Numbered from the stretch's first letter, positions 1-9,794 are shown. The stretch is DNA of 64,000 bases from an uncultured Armatimonadetes bacterium (GCA_963716175.1 OY970296.1:608001-672000); one strand, 5' to 3'. Made by a program: numbers and translations. Notes: a model not told the origin generated them from the letters alone.

Positions 1-279
1 AAAGACCGGTATACCCGCCTCTACATACGGCCGGGCGGCGGGCAGGTGGTGTTTGGCATGACGGTGGTCTACTACCACGGCCTCCACCAGGCCGACCATA
101 CCATCGGGGGCCTCCACGATGTTCTGGATGCTGCCCTCCTGTGCCGCCTTGGCGGCGAACTCGGGCGTCTCCCCCCAGACATGCGTGACCTCGAAACCTG
201 GCATCGCTTGGTCCCTGTTCAAGGTCTTGGCGATAGCGATGGTATGGCTGTTCTCAGCACCGACAATGCCGATCCGCAT
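1..279 (-). CDS. Gfo/Idh/MocA-family oxidoreductase, N-terminal part (runs off the window edge)
   Basis: Not in the ORF track. Own translation from ATG at 279: MRIGIVGAENSHTIAIAKTL...VVVDHRHAKHHLPAARPYVEAGIPVF, a Rossmann start leading toward the usual 'GIPVFxDKP' motif. AGGAG RBS upstream. Confidence 0.75.
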   Translation of the reverse strand, partial: MRIGIVGAENSHTIAIAKTLNRDQAMPGFEVTHVWGETPEFAAKAAQEGSIQNIVEAPDGMVGLVEAVVVDHRHAKHHLPAARPYVEAGIPVF

Positions 280-288
280 GGCTCTCTC

Positions 289-1020
289 CTAACTGAAAAT
301 CCGCGCTGCGTTGTCCCAGTAGATCTTGCGTTTCACTTGCTCCGATAGCTCCGACGACTCGATGGCGCCGATGGCCACTCCCGGATGGAATAAGCTGCAA
401 TCGGTCCCGAAGACGACCCGGTCCCCGCCGAATAGCTCCACCGCGAGCTCGTATCTCCCCGGCTCGGCCATACTAGTGATCGGGTCCACATACACGTTGC
501 TCGGTATCTCCCGGCCTGCGAACACCTCGCACTCGCGCCAATCGGGCCCTGCCAGGTGGGCGAGGATAATCGGGGCATCATAGCCAACCGCCAGGTCCAT
601 GGCGGCCTGCATGGAGGCCACCGAGTAGGCGTGAAGCAGGGCCGGCAGCCGCCGGCCCCGGATGGCGGCGAAAATCTCGCGGTAGCCGCGGTGGTGATAG
701 AGCAGGCCATGATAGACATCCCGGCTCTTGACCCCGATGAACTTGGGATGCTCGGCTCGCACCTCCACCTCGCGGATCGACTCCGCCGGGCGATAGGGGT
801 CAACGTAGATGTAACCGTACAGCATCTCGTGCCCCTCGATCGCTTCCTGGGTCTCCTGGTTTCCGGCGACGAAGTCGGCGAGCAGCGCGTGCACCGAGCT
901 CACGACTGCTCTCTCGATGCCTGCCGTCTGCAACAGGGCGACCAGGTCGGCCGCCGTCCACTTCCTGATGGGGATGTTGTTCCAGGGCCCGAAGTGGGCG
1001 TGGGCGTCGAACCTCCTCAT
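289..1020 (-). CDS. Amidohydrolase_2-family metal-dependent hydrolase
   Basis: FDAHAHFG metal motif, IILAHL, VVFGTD. Start taken at MRRFDAH (1020) rather than 1149. Confidence 0.85.
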   Translation of the reverse strand: MRRFDAHAHFGPWNNIPIRKWTAADLVALLQTAGIERAVVSSVHALLADFVAGNQETQEAIEGHEMLYGYIYVDPYRPAESIREVEVRAEHPKFIGVKSRDVYHGLLYHHRGYREIFAAIRGRRLPALLHAYSVASMQAAMDLAVGYDAPIILAHLAGPDWRECEVFAGREIPSNVYVDPITSMAEPGRYELAVELFGGDRVVFGTDCSLFHPGVAIGAIESSELSEQVKRKIYWDNAARIFS

Positions 1021-1755
1021 CGCTTGTCCCCCAGAACGCGGCGAGCGTTGTCCCATCCCACTAGCTCGGTCTCCTCGGCGGCCAGGCCCGAGCCGCGCAG
1101 CACCATGGCCGACGAACCCACGTTGAGACCAGGATACCCCGAGCCCCACAGCATCCGCTGGACGGAGAAGGCGTCCGCAATCACCTCCAGGCCATCGGCC
1201 GTGAAGACCCCACTCACCTCGACGTAGACCATGGGGAGGGAGTCGGCCAACGCCAGCAGTTCCCCCATGACGTGATAGGTGTTATTGGTCAGGATGAAGC
1301 TGCCCTCTCTCCCTCGCAGCAGGTGCGCCAGTGCGGTGGTCTGACCCGGCGCGTTCGGCAGCATCACCGGCATCCCAGCCTCAGCATAGGCCTCGACCAG
1401 CCGGGCGCAGGCGGCACTGTCTATGCCGTACTCGTGGAACTCCGGGAACAGCCTCACCATGGCGAAGCCCTGCTGCCGTGCCCGCGCCGCGTCTTGCGGA
1501 GACCAGACGCCGGTGGGACAGGCCACTGCGACCGGGCGGAAGAAGTCGTCCTGGGCACAGAGCTCCAGCGTCTGCTGGTTTCCGTATTCGCAATCGAAGA
1601 GCATGGCGGTGAAGCTGCAGGTGTAGGCGCGCACCACCCCCCAGCGCTGGCCCGCGCTTCACCTGCTCCGGCCGGGTCATCACGCCGCGGCGCGGGTTGT
1701 AGCCGAACCGCGTATTGATGTCCACCAGTCCCTTGACGCTCGCCTGCTCGGTCAC
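1017..1755 (-). CDS. Amidohydrolase-fold protein, frameshifted near 1645-1655; metal ligands degenerate
   Basis: N-terminus MTEQASVKGLVDINTRFG in ORF 1381..1755 joins the body in ORF 1017..1637 (VRLFPEFHEY, MLWGSGYP, WDNARR) by a frame change. Confidence 0.7.
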
Positions 1756-1757
1756 TA

Positions 1758-2894
1758 TCAGTGGGCCCCCAGTGCCTTCACCGTCTCGTAGGCGGCGCGG
1801 AAGTGCTCAAGCGGCGTCCTCGGCGCCACGTTGTTGCCTTCGTTGAAGACATATCGGCGCCCTTCCTTCACCCCGCTCCGCAGGATCTCCGCGGTCTTCT
1901 CCTGGATGAGAGAGATGGGTCCATCGCGCAGTATCATGGGATGCAGGTTGCCGCGCAGCAGCGCCCCCGGCCCCAGGTCGCGGCGCACCTGCCCCAGGTC
2001 CACCGGGAAGCCGAGGTCGAAATCCTGGATGTTGAGTTCTTTCTGGAGCAGGGGCAGCAGCCGCTGCACGTTACCGCAGAGGTGGATGGAGTTCGGCCCG
2101 CCCCTGGAGAAAGCGGCGAGCAAGCGCCGGTGGTGGGGGAGCACGAACTCACGGTACTGGGACTCTGATAGCAGCGAAATGCTGTCATCTGCAAAACCCC
2201 AACCCGCCTGTGGGAACTCCGTCTGGTTGAACTCCATCACCGCCTGAATGCGCGCGATGGTGGCCTCCGTGACGAACTCCAGCAGCTCCCGCGCATAGGC
2301 CGGGTCCTCATATAGATCCAGGCACAGCTCTGTGGTGCCGCGCAGATTGCAGGCCACGGTGAAGGGCCCATCCGTGCCCCCGCCGCACAGGCTCGAGCGC
2401 CCCACCGGCCGTCCCGCGAAATCCTCCCGCTTGCGCCTCTCCTCGAGATAGTGATAGCACTCCAGCGCCCGGCCCTGCACCCGGTCATGCACCGGGTCCG
2501 GGATGGCAAGGGAGGCGAGATCGCCCTTGTGCTCTCGCAGCATAGGCCAGGAATCGGGCACCTCCCCTTCGTGATACACGAGCCGGCAGCCGAACCATTC
2601 CGCCTCCGCGGTGTTCTGGTAGTCCGGGCTCAGCCCGGGCCACTCCTCGGGAAGGCCCAGCTCCGCGTCCTGGATGGGCTGCTCCCGAACCCATTTCTCG
2701 AACTCTAGCTGGACCTCCCATTGCACCGCCGGGTCCTCGAAGTACTGCCGAAAGGAGTAGGCCCGCGGGTTCAGCCGAGGGGTCAGCAGCCAGAACTGCT
2801 TGCTGAAGTTCCACTGGCAGGGGACGCGCGCCGGTCGGCCCTGGTCGAAGTCCCTCCACAGCCGCGCCACTTCCTGGTTATGCTCCTCGATCAT
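1758..2894 (-). CDS. Uroporphyrinogen decarboxylase/MtaA-like TIM-barrel protein
   Basis: GPFTVACNLRG, ADD, IHLCG, RGNLHP, GNNVAPRTP motifs. Start MIEEHNQE at 2894. Confidence 0.8.
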   Translation of the reverse strand: MIEEHNQEVARLWRDFDQGRPARVPCQWNFSKQFWLLTPRLNPRAYSFRQYFEDPAVQWEVQLEFEKWVREQPIQDAELGLPEEWPGLSPDYQNTAEAEWFGCRLVYHEGEVPDSWPMLREHKGDLASLAIPDPVHDRVQGRALECYHYLEERRKREDFAGRPVGRSSLCGGGTDGPFTVACNLRGTTELCLDLYEDPAYARELLEFVTEATIARIQAVMEFNQTEFPQAGWGFADDSISLLSESQYREFVLPHHRRLLAAFSRGGPNSIHLCGNVQRLLPLLQKELNIQDFDLGFPVDLGQVRRDLGPGALLRGNLHPMILRDGPISLIQEKTAEILRSGVKEGRRYVFNEGNNVAPRTPLEHFRAAYETVKALGAH

Positions 2895-3058
2895 CTCTTG
2901 CCCAGCTCCTTCGCCATCCGGTGGAGCCCTGCGCCCGCCCTTCTTCTGCGCAGGCCCGGCAGCACCTCTGTTCGCGGGCGAAGGAGGAAGACTGCACAAG
3001 GAGTTGCGCCTACGCGGGTTGAATCTACCACTCAAAATTCACCCACAGGGAGGCGAGG

Positions 3059-3811
3059 ATGCCACGAATTCCCATCGCGCTGCAGCTCTATTCAGTGCGA
3101 AAAGACTGTGAGAGGGATCTTCCGGGAACCCTCAAAGCAGTGGCCAAGATGGGCTACGAGGGAGTAGAGTTTGCCGGCTACTACGACCGGTCCGCCGCTG
3201 AGCTTCGGAAAATGGTGGATGATCTGGGCCTGAAGGTGGCAGGCACGCACATCGGTCTGGAGACTCTGCTCGGCGATCAGCTCGCCGCCAGCGTCGAGTT
3301 CAACCAGGCTATCGGCAACAAGTTCCTGATCGTGCCCGGCCTCTCCAAGGAGCACACCGGCAGCCGTGCCGCCTGGCTCAAGACGGCCCAGACGTTCAAC
3401 GCGATCGCGGACAAGCTTAAGCCCAGGGGCATGTACACCGGCTATCACAACCACCACACTGAGTTCACGCCCATGGAGGGAGAGCTTCCCTGGGACACTT
3501 TCTTCGGGAACACCAAGGCGGAAGTGGTGATGCAGGTTGATGCTGGCAACGCCCTTCACGGCAATGCTGACCCAGTCCCGTTCCTGGAGAAGTACCCCGG
3601 CCGCGCCCTCACCGTCCACCTCAAGGAATACTCCAAGAGCAATGACAAGGCCATCATCGGGGAGGGCGACGTGCGCTGGAACGACCTCTTCCGGCTGTGC
3701 GAGTCCACGGGCAAGACCCAGTGGTACATTGTGGAGCAGGAGAGCTACGCCTATCCCCCGCTGGAGTGCTGCGAGCGCTGCCTCAAAGCCCTCAAGGCCA
3801 TGGGCAAGTGA
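3059..3811 (+). CDS. Sugar phosphate isomerase/epimerase (xylose isomerase-like TIM barrel)
   Basis: LQLYSVR, GYEGVEFAG, YHNH, VHLKE, VEQE motifs. Confidence 0.9.
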   Translation: MPRIPIALQLYSVRKDCERDLPGTLKAVAKMGYEGVEFAGYYDRSAAELRKMVDDLGLKVAGTHIGLETLLGDQLAASVEFNQAIGNKFLIVPGLSKEHTGSRAAWLKTAQTFNAIADKLKPRGMYTGYHNHHTEFTPMEGELPWDTFFGNTKAEVVMQVDAGNALHGNADPVPFLEKYPGRALTVHLKEYSKSNDKAIIGEGDVRWNDLFRLCESTGKTQWYIVEQESYAYPPLECCERCLKALKAMGK

Positions 3812-3871
3812 TCTGCGGGGCGGGCGTTGCTCCGCCTGCCCGCAGCCGCCGTGCGGAAGTGCGACGACACT

Positions 3872-3901
3872 GTGAAGGGCGCCCCAGGCGCCCTTCACTT
3901 T
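3872..3901 (+). terminator. Probable intrinsic terminator
   Basis: GTGAAGGGCGCC-cca-GGCGCCCTTCAC perfect 12-bp stem followed by TTT, downstream of the 3059..3811 gene. Confidence 0.6.
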
Positions 3902-4089
3902 CTCCTGCCCTTTCCTGACCCGACGCCGGCCCAAGAGCAGGCGAGAGAGGCGATTCCTCGCTTGCTGGAGTCTTCCAGCCGGATGAGGTAGTCTCTACTG
4001 CCCAGCATGGGCCTGAGGCTGACCCGCGGGTGCGGAGGGAGGTTCGTCCGCAGCCGCGGTAGGGGCTGCCGTGGGAGAGGGCAGGGACT

Positions 4090-4611
4090 ATGGGTGCGGA
4101 TGACGCTCAGCAGGGACCGCCTCGTGCAGGGCGGGCGAGAACGGCGCGGGACTGGGTCTGGCTGGCCGTAGTCTGGGGTCGGGTGCTGGTCGGCCTGGCG
4201 CTGGCGACGACGGGTGGCGTGGTGTTCGGCCATGCGTGGACTACTGCCTATTCTCCGTGGTGGTGGGTTGGGGCAATCACCCTACTGACCGGTCTGCTCT
4301 TGGTTCTTTCCGCGATCTACGCGCGCAGTCGCCCGGAGGGGTCGGCGGTGCCCAAACTGACACTGCCGGAGAGGCCCACGGACGATGCAGCGCCTACGGT
4401 GCCGCTGCTGGGAGCCCTGCTGGTCTACAAGTACCAGTTCATCTCGCAGCAGCAGCTTAACCGCGCGCTGGAGGAGCAGCGCAAGCAGCGAAAAGACAAA
4501 CGTCTTCTGGGAGAGCTGCTGGTGGAGAGCCGCCTGATCACCGCTGCTCAACTGCGAGAGGTGCTGGACTTCCAGCATTCGATCGCGGAGAAAAGGCGCC
4601 GCCGGTCATAG
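4090..4611 (+). CDS. Two-TM membrane protein with C-terminal MshEN-like (T2SSE_N) domain
   Basis: Two hydrophobic segments, then tandem motifs LLGALLVYKYQFISQQQLNRALEEQ and RLLGELLVESRLITAAQLREVLDFQ. Confidence 0.65.
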   Translation: MGADDAQQGPPRAGRARTARDWVWLAVVWGRVLVGLALATTGGVVFGHAWTTAYSPWWWVGAITLLTGLLLVLSAIYARSRPEGSAVPKLTLPERPTDDAAPTVPLLGALLVYKYQFISQQQLNRALEEQRKQRKDKRLLGELLVESRLITAAQLREVLDFQHSIAEKRRRRS

Positions 4612-5214
4612 GCCCTCCTCCCGCGCCACTTCCTCAATGCTGCGCCCGGTGAGCGCGGACTCGGGCCGATCTCGCGACACCTCCCGGCCCTCCTCCGCCT
4701 CCGAGTCCCTCATCTTCACCAGAATCCAGCGCTCCCTCCCCCTCGCATCTTTGGCGACCCGGGTGAGTGCGTAGGCGCCCTTGAGCTTGGTCCCGGCCAA
4801 GCGGACCCGCAAATGGCCGCGCTCGATCGCCTCCGCCGCGGGCGTGATCTCATCGGTTTGCTGGGTGATGTTCTGGTAGCGGCCGATATCCCAGACCAGG
4901 ACGGTCCCGCCTCCGTACTCGCCCTGCGGGATCACCCCCTCGAAATCCGCGTACTCGAGGGGATGGTCCTCTACCCGCATCGCCAGCCGCTTAGCTCGCG
5001 GGTCGGTGGAGGGGCCCTTGGGCACCGCCCACGATTTCAGCACGCCATCCACCTCCAGCCGGAAATCATAGTGGAGCCGGCTGGCGGCGTGTTTCTGCAC
5101 CACGAAGATCGTCTCTCCCGCGTCCCTCGGCCGGCCCCCGGCCGGCTCCGGCGTCTTCCCGAAATCGCGCTTGCGCTGGTACGCTGTGAGCGCATCTGCT
5201 CTGACATCGGCCAT
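4606..5214 (-). CDS. Stand-alone LigD 3'-phosphoesterase domain protein
   Basis: YQRKRDFGKTPEP, FVVQKHAASRLHYDFRLE, SWAVPKGPS, VEDHPLEY, YGGGTV. No ligase or polymerase domain. Confidence 0.9.
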   Translation of the reverse strand: MADVRADALTAYQRKRDFGKTPEPAGGRPRDAGETIFVVQKHAASRLHYDFRLEVDGVLKSWAVPKGPSTDPRAKRLAMRVEDHPLEYADFEGVIPQGEYGGGTVLVWDIGRYQNITQQTDEITPAAEAIERGHLRVRLAGTKLKGAYALTRVAKDARGRERWILVKMRDSEAEEGREVSRDRPESALTGRSIEEVAREEGL

Positions 5215-5228
5215 AGGCTGGCTGCCTG

Positions 5229-5798
5229 CTAGAGCTCCCTTTGCCTTCCGATCAGCGTCAGGAACTCCTGCCTGGTGGCGTATGACTCGCGGAACGTGCC
5301 CAGCACCGATGATGTCACCATCATCGAGTTCTGCTTCTCCACCCCTCGCATCATCATGCACAGATGCCGGGCCTCGATCATCACGCCCACGCCTTGGGCG
5401 CGGACGTGGTTCATGATGGCATGCGCAATCTGCTCCGTCAACCGCTCCTGGATCTGCAGCCTCCGCGAGAACAGATCGGCCAAGCGCGCCAGCTTGCTCA
5501 CCCCGACCACCATGCCGTCGGGGATATAGCCGATGTGGCAGCGACCATAGAACGGCAACAGATGATGCTCACACAGACTGTAGATCTCGATGTCCCGCAC
5601 GATCACCATGCTGTCCGCGGCCTGCGCGAAGCAGGCCCCGCGGATCAGGGCTTCAGGGTCCGCGCCATGCCCCGAGGTGAGAAACGCCAGCGTCGCCGCC
5701 AGTCGCTCCGGGGTCTTCGCCAGGCCCTCCCGATCCGGGTCTTCGCCCAGCTCAATCAACAGCTCCCGCAGCAGACCTTTGACCTTATCACGGTCCAT
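5229..5798 (-). CDS. folE: GTP cyclohydrolase I
   Basis: REGLAKTPER, SLCEHHLLPF, RRLQIQERLT, HLCMMMRG. Confidence 0.97.
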   Translation of the reverse strand: MDRDKVKGLLRELLIELGEDPDREGLAKTPERLAATLAFLTSGHGADPEALIRGACFAQAADSMVIVRDIEIYSLCEHHLLPFYGRCHIGYIPDGMVVGVSKLARLADLFSRRLQIQERLTEQIAHAIMNHVRAQGVGVMIEARHLCMMMRGVEKQNSMMVTSSVLGTFRESYATRQEFLTLIGRQREL

Positions 5799-6309
5799 CG
5801 GCGATCTCCTTCCTCAGAAGCTCGGTGTAGCGGGTCAGCGGCTTCATCCGCTCCCTTGGCAGCGCGGCCGCCACCTCCGCGATGGGCACGCCCGACCCGG
5901 GGAGAGCCAGCGACGGCGCCAGCTCGTGCAGGGGAATGGCGAGAAACGGCCGGTGCGCGATCTCTGGGTCTGGCAGCGTGAGCTCATCGGTCGCCGCCAC
6001 CAGATCATCGTACAGGATCAGATCCAGGTCAATGGTCCGCGGCGCGTACCTGTCAGAGCTGCGCTGCCGCCCCAGCTCCTGTTCGATCTGCCGCAGCACG
6101 CTCCGCTTGAACTCCAGGGCGGGCAGCTCCGTTTCGACCTCCACCACGCAGTTGTAGTACGGGGGCTGCTCGCGCCCGCCCTCCGGTTCGGCCTCGTAGA
6201 CAGTCGAGACCGCCAAAACGCGCGCTCGGCGGCCCAGCAGCCGTATCGCCTTGCTCACGTTCTCCGCCGGGTCAGTGTTCGACCCCACGCCGACGAAGGC
6301 CCGCGCCAC
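5788..6309 (-). CDS. folK: 6-hydroxymethyl-7,8-dihydropterin pyrophosphokinase
   Basis: GVGSN, IEQELGR, PRTIDLDLILY, LTLPDP. Confidence 0.95.
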   Translation of the reverse strand: MARAFVGVGSNTDPAENVSKAIRLLGRRARVLAVSTVYEAEPEGGREQPPYYNCVVEVETELPALEFKRSVLRQIEQELGRQRSSDRYAPRTIDLDLILYDDLVAATDELTLPDPEIAHRPFLAIPLHELAPSLALPGSGVPIAEVAAALPRERMKPLTRYTELLRKEIADGP

Positions 6310-6311
6310 TG

Positions 6312-6668
6312 CTAGCTCGCCCGCGCCCGCGTGATCTCCACACCCACGCTTCTGGCGAACCGCAGCGCCGAGGGCTTCTCCACTCTCACCACCGCCTCCG
6401 CCACCGCCGCGTGCTCGAGGCAGATCCCTGCCACCGCCTCCGCCAGGGCCTCCACCAAGTGGTACTGCGACCCTTCCACCATGCTCACGATCCGCTTCTT
6501 GAGGGCGCGGTAATCCACTGTCTCCTCAAACCGGTCGCTGCTTCCGGCCTTGCGCAGATCGGTGGAGAGAGCCAGGTTGATCACCACCTCCTGCTTCTCT
6601 CTGCGCTCCTCCTCGTCGACGCCGAGGATGCAGCGCGCCCGCAGGTCGCTAATGAGGATTCGGTCCAC
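6312..6668 (-). CDS. folB: Dihydroneopterin aldolase
   Basis: ILGVDEEER..Q, TVDY, LVEALA, VEKP. Confidence 0.93.
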   Translation of the reverse strand: MDRILISDLRARCILGVDEEERREKQEVVINLALSTDLRKAGSSDRFEETVDYRALKKRIVSMVEGSQYHLVEALAEAVAGICLEHAAVAEAVVRVEKPSALRFARSVGVEITRARAS

Positions 6669-7407
6669 TGCTATCTCCCCACAGGTGCCACCCTCCGTCC
6701 ACGTAGATCACCTGGCCGGTCACGAACTCGCTCTTGAGCAGGTAGATCACCGCGTCGGAGATATCGCTCGGGTCCCCGTGCCGCTTCAAGGGGACAGTGT
6801 GAGCCAGCCGATCGAGATGACCGGGATCCCTGCCAGGCGGTGGCAGAATCAGCCCGGGCGCCACTGCATTCACCGTGATCGCGGGCGCAAACGCGAGCGC
6901 AGTCATCCTCGTCAACGCGGAGAGCGCGTGCTTGCTGAGGATATAGGCCGCGTGCGACCAATCGTAGCCGCTGATCCTGGCGTCGAGCAGGTTGACAATC
7001 TTGCCCCGGCCCGCCGCCCGTGCGAACTCGCGGCTCAGCACCAGGGGCGCCCAAGCGTTGATCTGCATCTGCTGCACCAGATCCCCGAGGCTCGCCTCCT
7101 GCAGCGTGCCCGGCAGGAAAACCGAAGCGCTGTTGATCAGGATGTCGAGACGGCCCGCAATCTCCCAGCACCGCGCGATCAGGGACTCGTATTCCTCCGG
7201 CCGCTCGAAGTCCGCCTTCAGGGACCACGACTTGACTCCCCGCACGCCCAGCTCGGCCCGCAGCTCTTCCGCCTCTTCCGCCGAGCTGCGGTAGTGGACC
7301 ACGATATTGACGCCCTCCTCCGCGAGCGCCACCGCGATCTCGTGTCCGATCCGCTTGGCGGCACCTGTGATCAGCGCCGTTTTCCCCCGCAATGCCTCCT
7401 CGGTCAT
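6649..7407 (-). CDS. folM: Pteridine reductase (FolM/PTR1-like SDR)
   Basis: TGAAKRIG, VHYRSS, NSAS, YILSK, VNAVAPG; sits in the fol operon. Confidence 0.85.
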   Translation of the reverse strand: MTEEALRGKTALITGAAKRIGHEIAVALAEEGVNIVVHYRSSAEEAEELRAELGVRGVKSWSLKADFERPEEYESLIARCWEIAGRLDILINSASVFLPGTLQEASLGDLVQQMQINAWAPLVLSREFARAAGRGKIVNLLDARISGYDWSHAAYILSKHALSALTRMTALAFAPAITVNAVAPGLILPPPGRDPGHLDRLAHTVPLKRHGDPSDISDAVIYLLKSEFVTGQVIYVDGGWHLWGDSSGPNPH

Positions 7408-7480
7408 CTCGCCTCCGTCCCGTCCGCTGCCGGCCAGGGCTGCCTGCGCTCATCACTCGGCGGCCAGCGTTTGCGCTGAG

Positions 7481-7813
7481 TCACTCCTTCTCATCGAGCA
7501 GCTGGTCAATCTTCGCCGCCACGACGAAGTCGTTCCGCGAGAGCCCGCCGATCTTATGCGTGGAGAGGACGAGGCGCACCTTGTTCCAGGAGATGAAGAT
7601 GTCCGGATGGTGGCCTTGCGCTTCCGCGATCTCGGCCACCTTGTCCACGAAATCCATGGCCTGGCGGAAATCCTTCAACTGGAACTGCCGCTCGATCTGC
7701 TTATCCTCGAGCGACCACCTCGGCGTCTCGCGGGCGAGCACCTCGGCTTCCGCTATCCCCAGCGGCGCGGTCCCGGCCGCGCACGGCTCGCACTTCTCCT
7801 CGACTAGCCTCAT
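7481..7813 (-). CDS. phhB: Pterin-4a-carbinolamine dehydratase
   Basis: CEPC, EAQGHHPDI, THKIGGLSRNDFVVAAKID. Confidence 0.93.
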   Translation of the reverse strand: MRLVEEKCEPCAAGTAPLGIAEAEVLARETPRWSLEDKQIERQFQLKDFRQAMDFVDKVAEIAEAQGHHPDIFISWNKVRLVLSTHKIGGLSRNDFVVAAKIDQLLDEKE

Positions 7814-7829
7814 CGTGTCCTCCTTGCCA

Positions 7830-9035
7830 TCACCGGATCGCGCCCAGCAGGCTCTCCGGTTTCACCTGCTCGCCCTTCCGGATGAGGGCGCGAGCGGCCT
7901 CCACTTTCTCCCACACATTGCACATCATCACGCCCCTGATCTTCCCCTCCCGCAGATAGTAGACCACTCCGGTATCGTTCTCTTTCTGCCAGTCGGCGAA
8001 AGTGTTCAGCTCGGAGCTTACCTCGCCAACCGCCTCATACCCGAACTCGAAAAGGTCGGAGAAGAAGTACGGCATATAGGTGAAGGGCTCGCCGGCGCCG
8101 GCCATGTTTCGGCCCGCCCACCGCCCCTGATTCACTGCGTTATCCCAGTGCTCGATCCGCATGCGGCTGCCAAGCGCATGGTAGGGGAAGAGAGCGTTGT
8201 CGCCAGCAGCGTAGACATCCGGGTGGGAGGTCCGTAGATACGCGTCGACCTCAATGCCATCGCTGGTCTGTAAGCCGGCCTGCTGTGCCAGCTCGGCGGC
8301 CGGCGCGATGCCCACGCCCACGATCACCAGGTCCGAGCTGACGTGCTGTCCCTTTTGGGTGTGAGTGACGAGACCGCGACCGCTGGATGTGAACGAGATC
8401 GGCCTGTCTCCAGTCAGCATGGTCACACCGCGCTGCCGGTAGCGGCGCAGCAACTCCTGCCCCAGGTACTCGGGGAACACCCGGCGACAGAGGTAGGAGG
8501 AGGGCATCACCATGGTGACGTTCAGCTTGTTGAGGTTGAGTGCGGCCGCGATCTCCGACCCGATGAAGCCCCCTCCCACCACTACCGCCGATTTCCCCTC
8601 CGCCGCCTCCCCTCTGATTCTCAGGTAGTCGTCCAGGTAGCGGTAGTAGCAGATCCCGTCCAAGTCGCTGCCAGGCACAGGCAGGTGACGCGGGGTGCCG
8701 CCGGTGGCGAGCAACAGCTTCTGGTAGCCATACCTGTTCCCGGTGGCATCGCTGACCGTCTTCCCCGCCGGGTCCAGGCTGACCACCTCTGTGGCCAAGG
8801 TCAGCGTTACCCCATTCTGCTCGTAGAACTGGCGATCGTGAACGGAGATCTCCTCCACTTTCGTCTGGCCGAACCAGAGCTTCTTGGAGAGCGGGGGGCG
8901 GTCATAGGGGAGATGCCTCTCCTTGCCGATCAGCAGCACGGACCCGTTCCGGTCATACTCCCTGATCCCGGCCACTGCAGAAGCCCCGGCCAGCCCTCCA
9001 CCCACGATCACATACTTGTAGGCCTGGTTGGACAT
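7830..9035 (-). CDS. FAD/NAD(P)-dependent oxidoreductase (ferredoxin/monodehydroascorbate reductase-like)
   Basis: GGGLAG, PYDRPPLSK, LATG, GGGFIGSE, AAGD, EHWDNA, PYFFSD. Start MSNQAY at 9035. Confidence 0.9.
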   Translation of the reverse strand: MSNQAYKYVIVGGGLAGASAVAGIREYDRNGSVLLIGKERHLPYDRPPLSKKLWFGQTKVEEISVHDRQFYEQNGVTLTLATEVVSLDPAGKTVSDATGNRYGYQKLLLATGGTPRHLPVPGSDLDGICYYRYLDDYLRIRGEAAEGKSAVVVGGGFIGSEIAAALNLNKLNVTMVMPSSYLCRRVFPEYLGQELLRRYRQRGVTMLTGDRPISFTSSGRGLVTHTQKGQHVSSDLVIVGVGIAPAAELAQQAGLQTSDGIEVDAYLRTSHPDVYAAGDNALFPYHALGSRMRIEHWDNAVNQGRWAGRNMAGAGEPFTYMPYFFSDLFEFGYEAVGEVSSELNTFADWQKENDTGVVYYLREGKIRGVMMCNVWEKVEAARALIRKGEQVKPESLLGAIR

Positions 9036-9134
9036 CAGTCGCCTCCGCCTCAGAGTCCGAGCCAGTATAGCAGCCACACAGGCATTCCCTTGGCTACCCC
9101 AGGCCACAAACGATCCGGTTGTCATCCCGCGTGC

Positions 9135-9168
9135 AAACGAGCGGGGCGCCTAGAGGCGCCCCGCTCGT
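9135..9168 (-). terminator. Strong hairpin, probable terminator of the pfkB-lyxose isomerase pair
   Basis: ACGAGCGGGGCGCCT-ag-AGGCGCCCCGCTCGT perfect inverted repeat, short T run on the minus strand. Confidence 0.55.
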
Positions 9169-9208
9169 GGTCTGCTCTGCATCTCTGTGCCTCGGTGGTT
9201 GGCTCGCC

Positions 9209-9784
<576 letters not shown>

Positions 9785-9794
9785 TCACCAGCCA

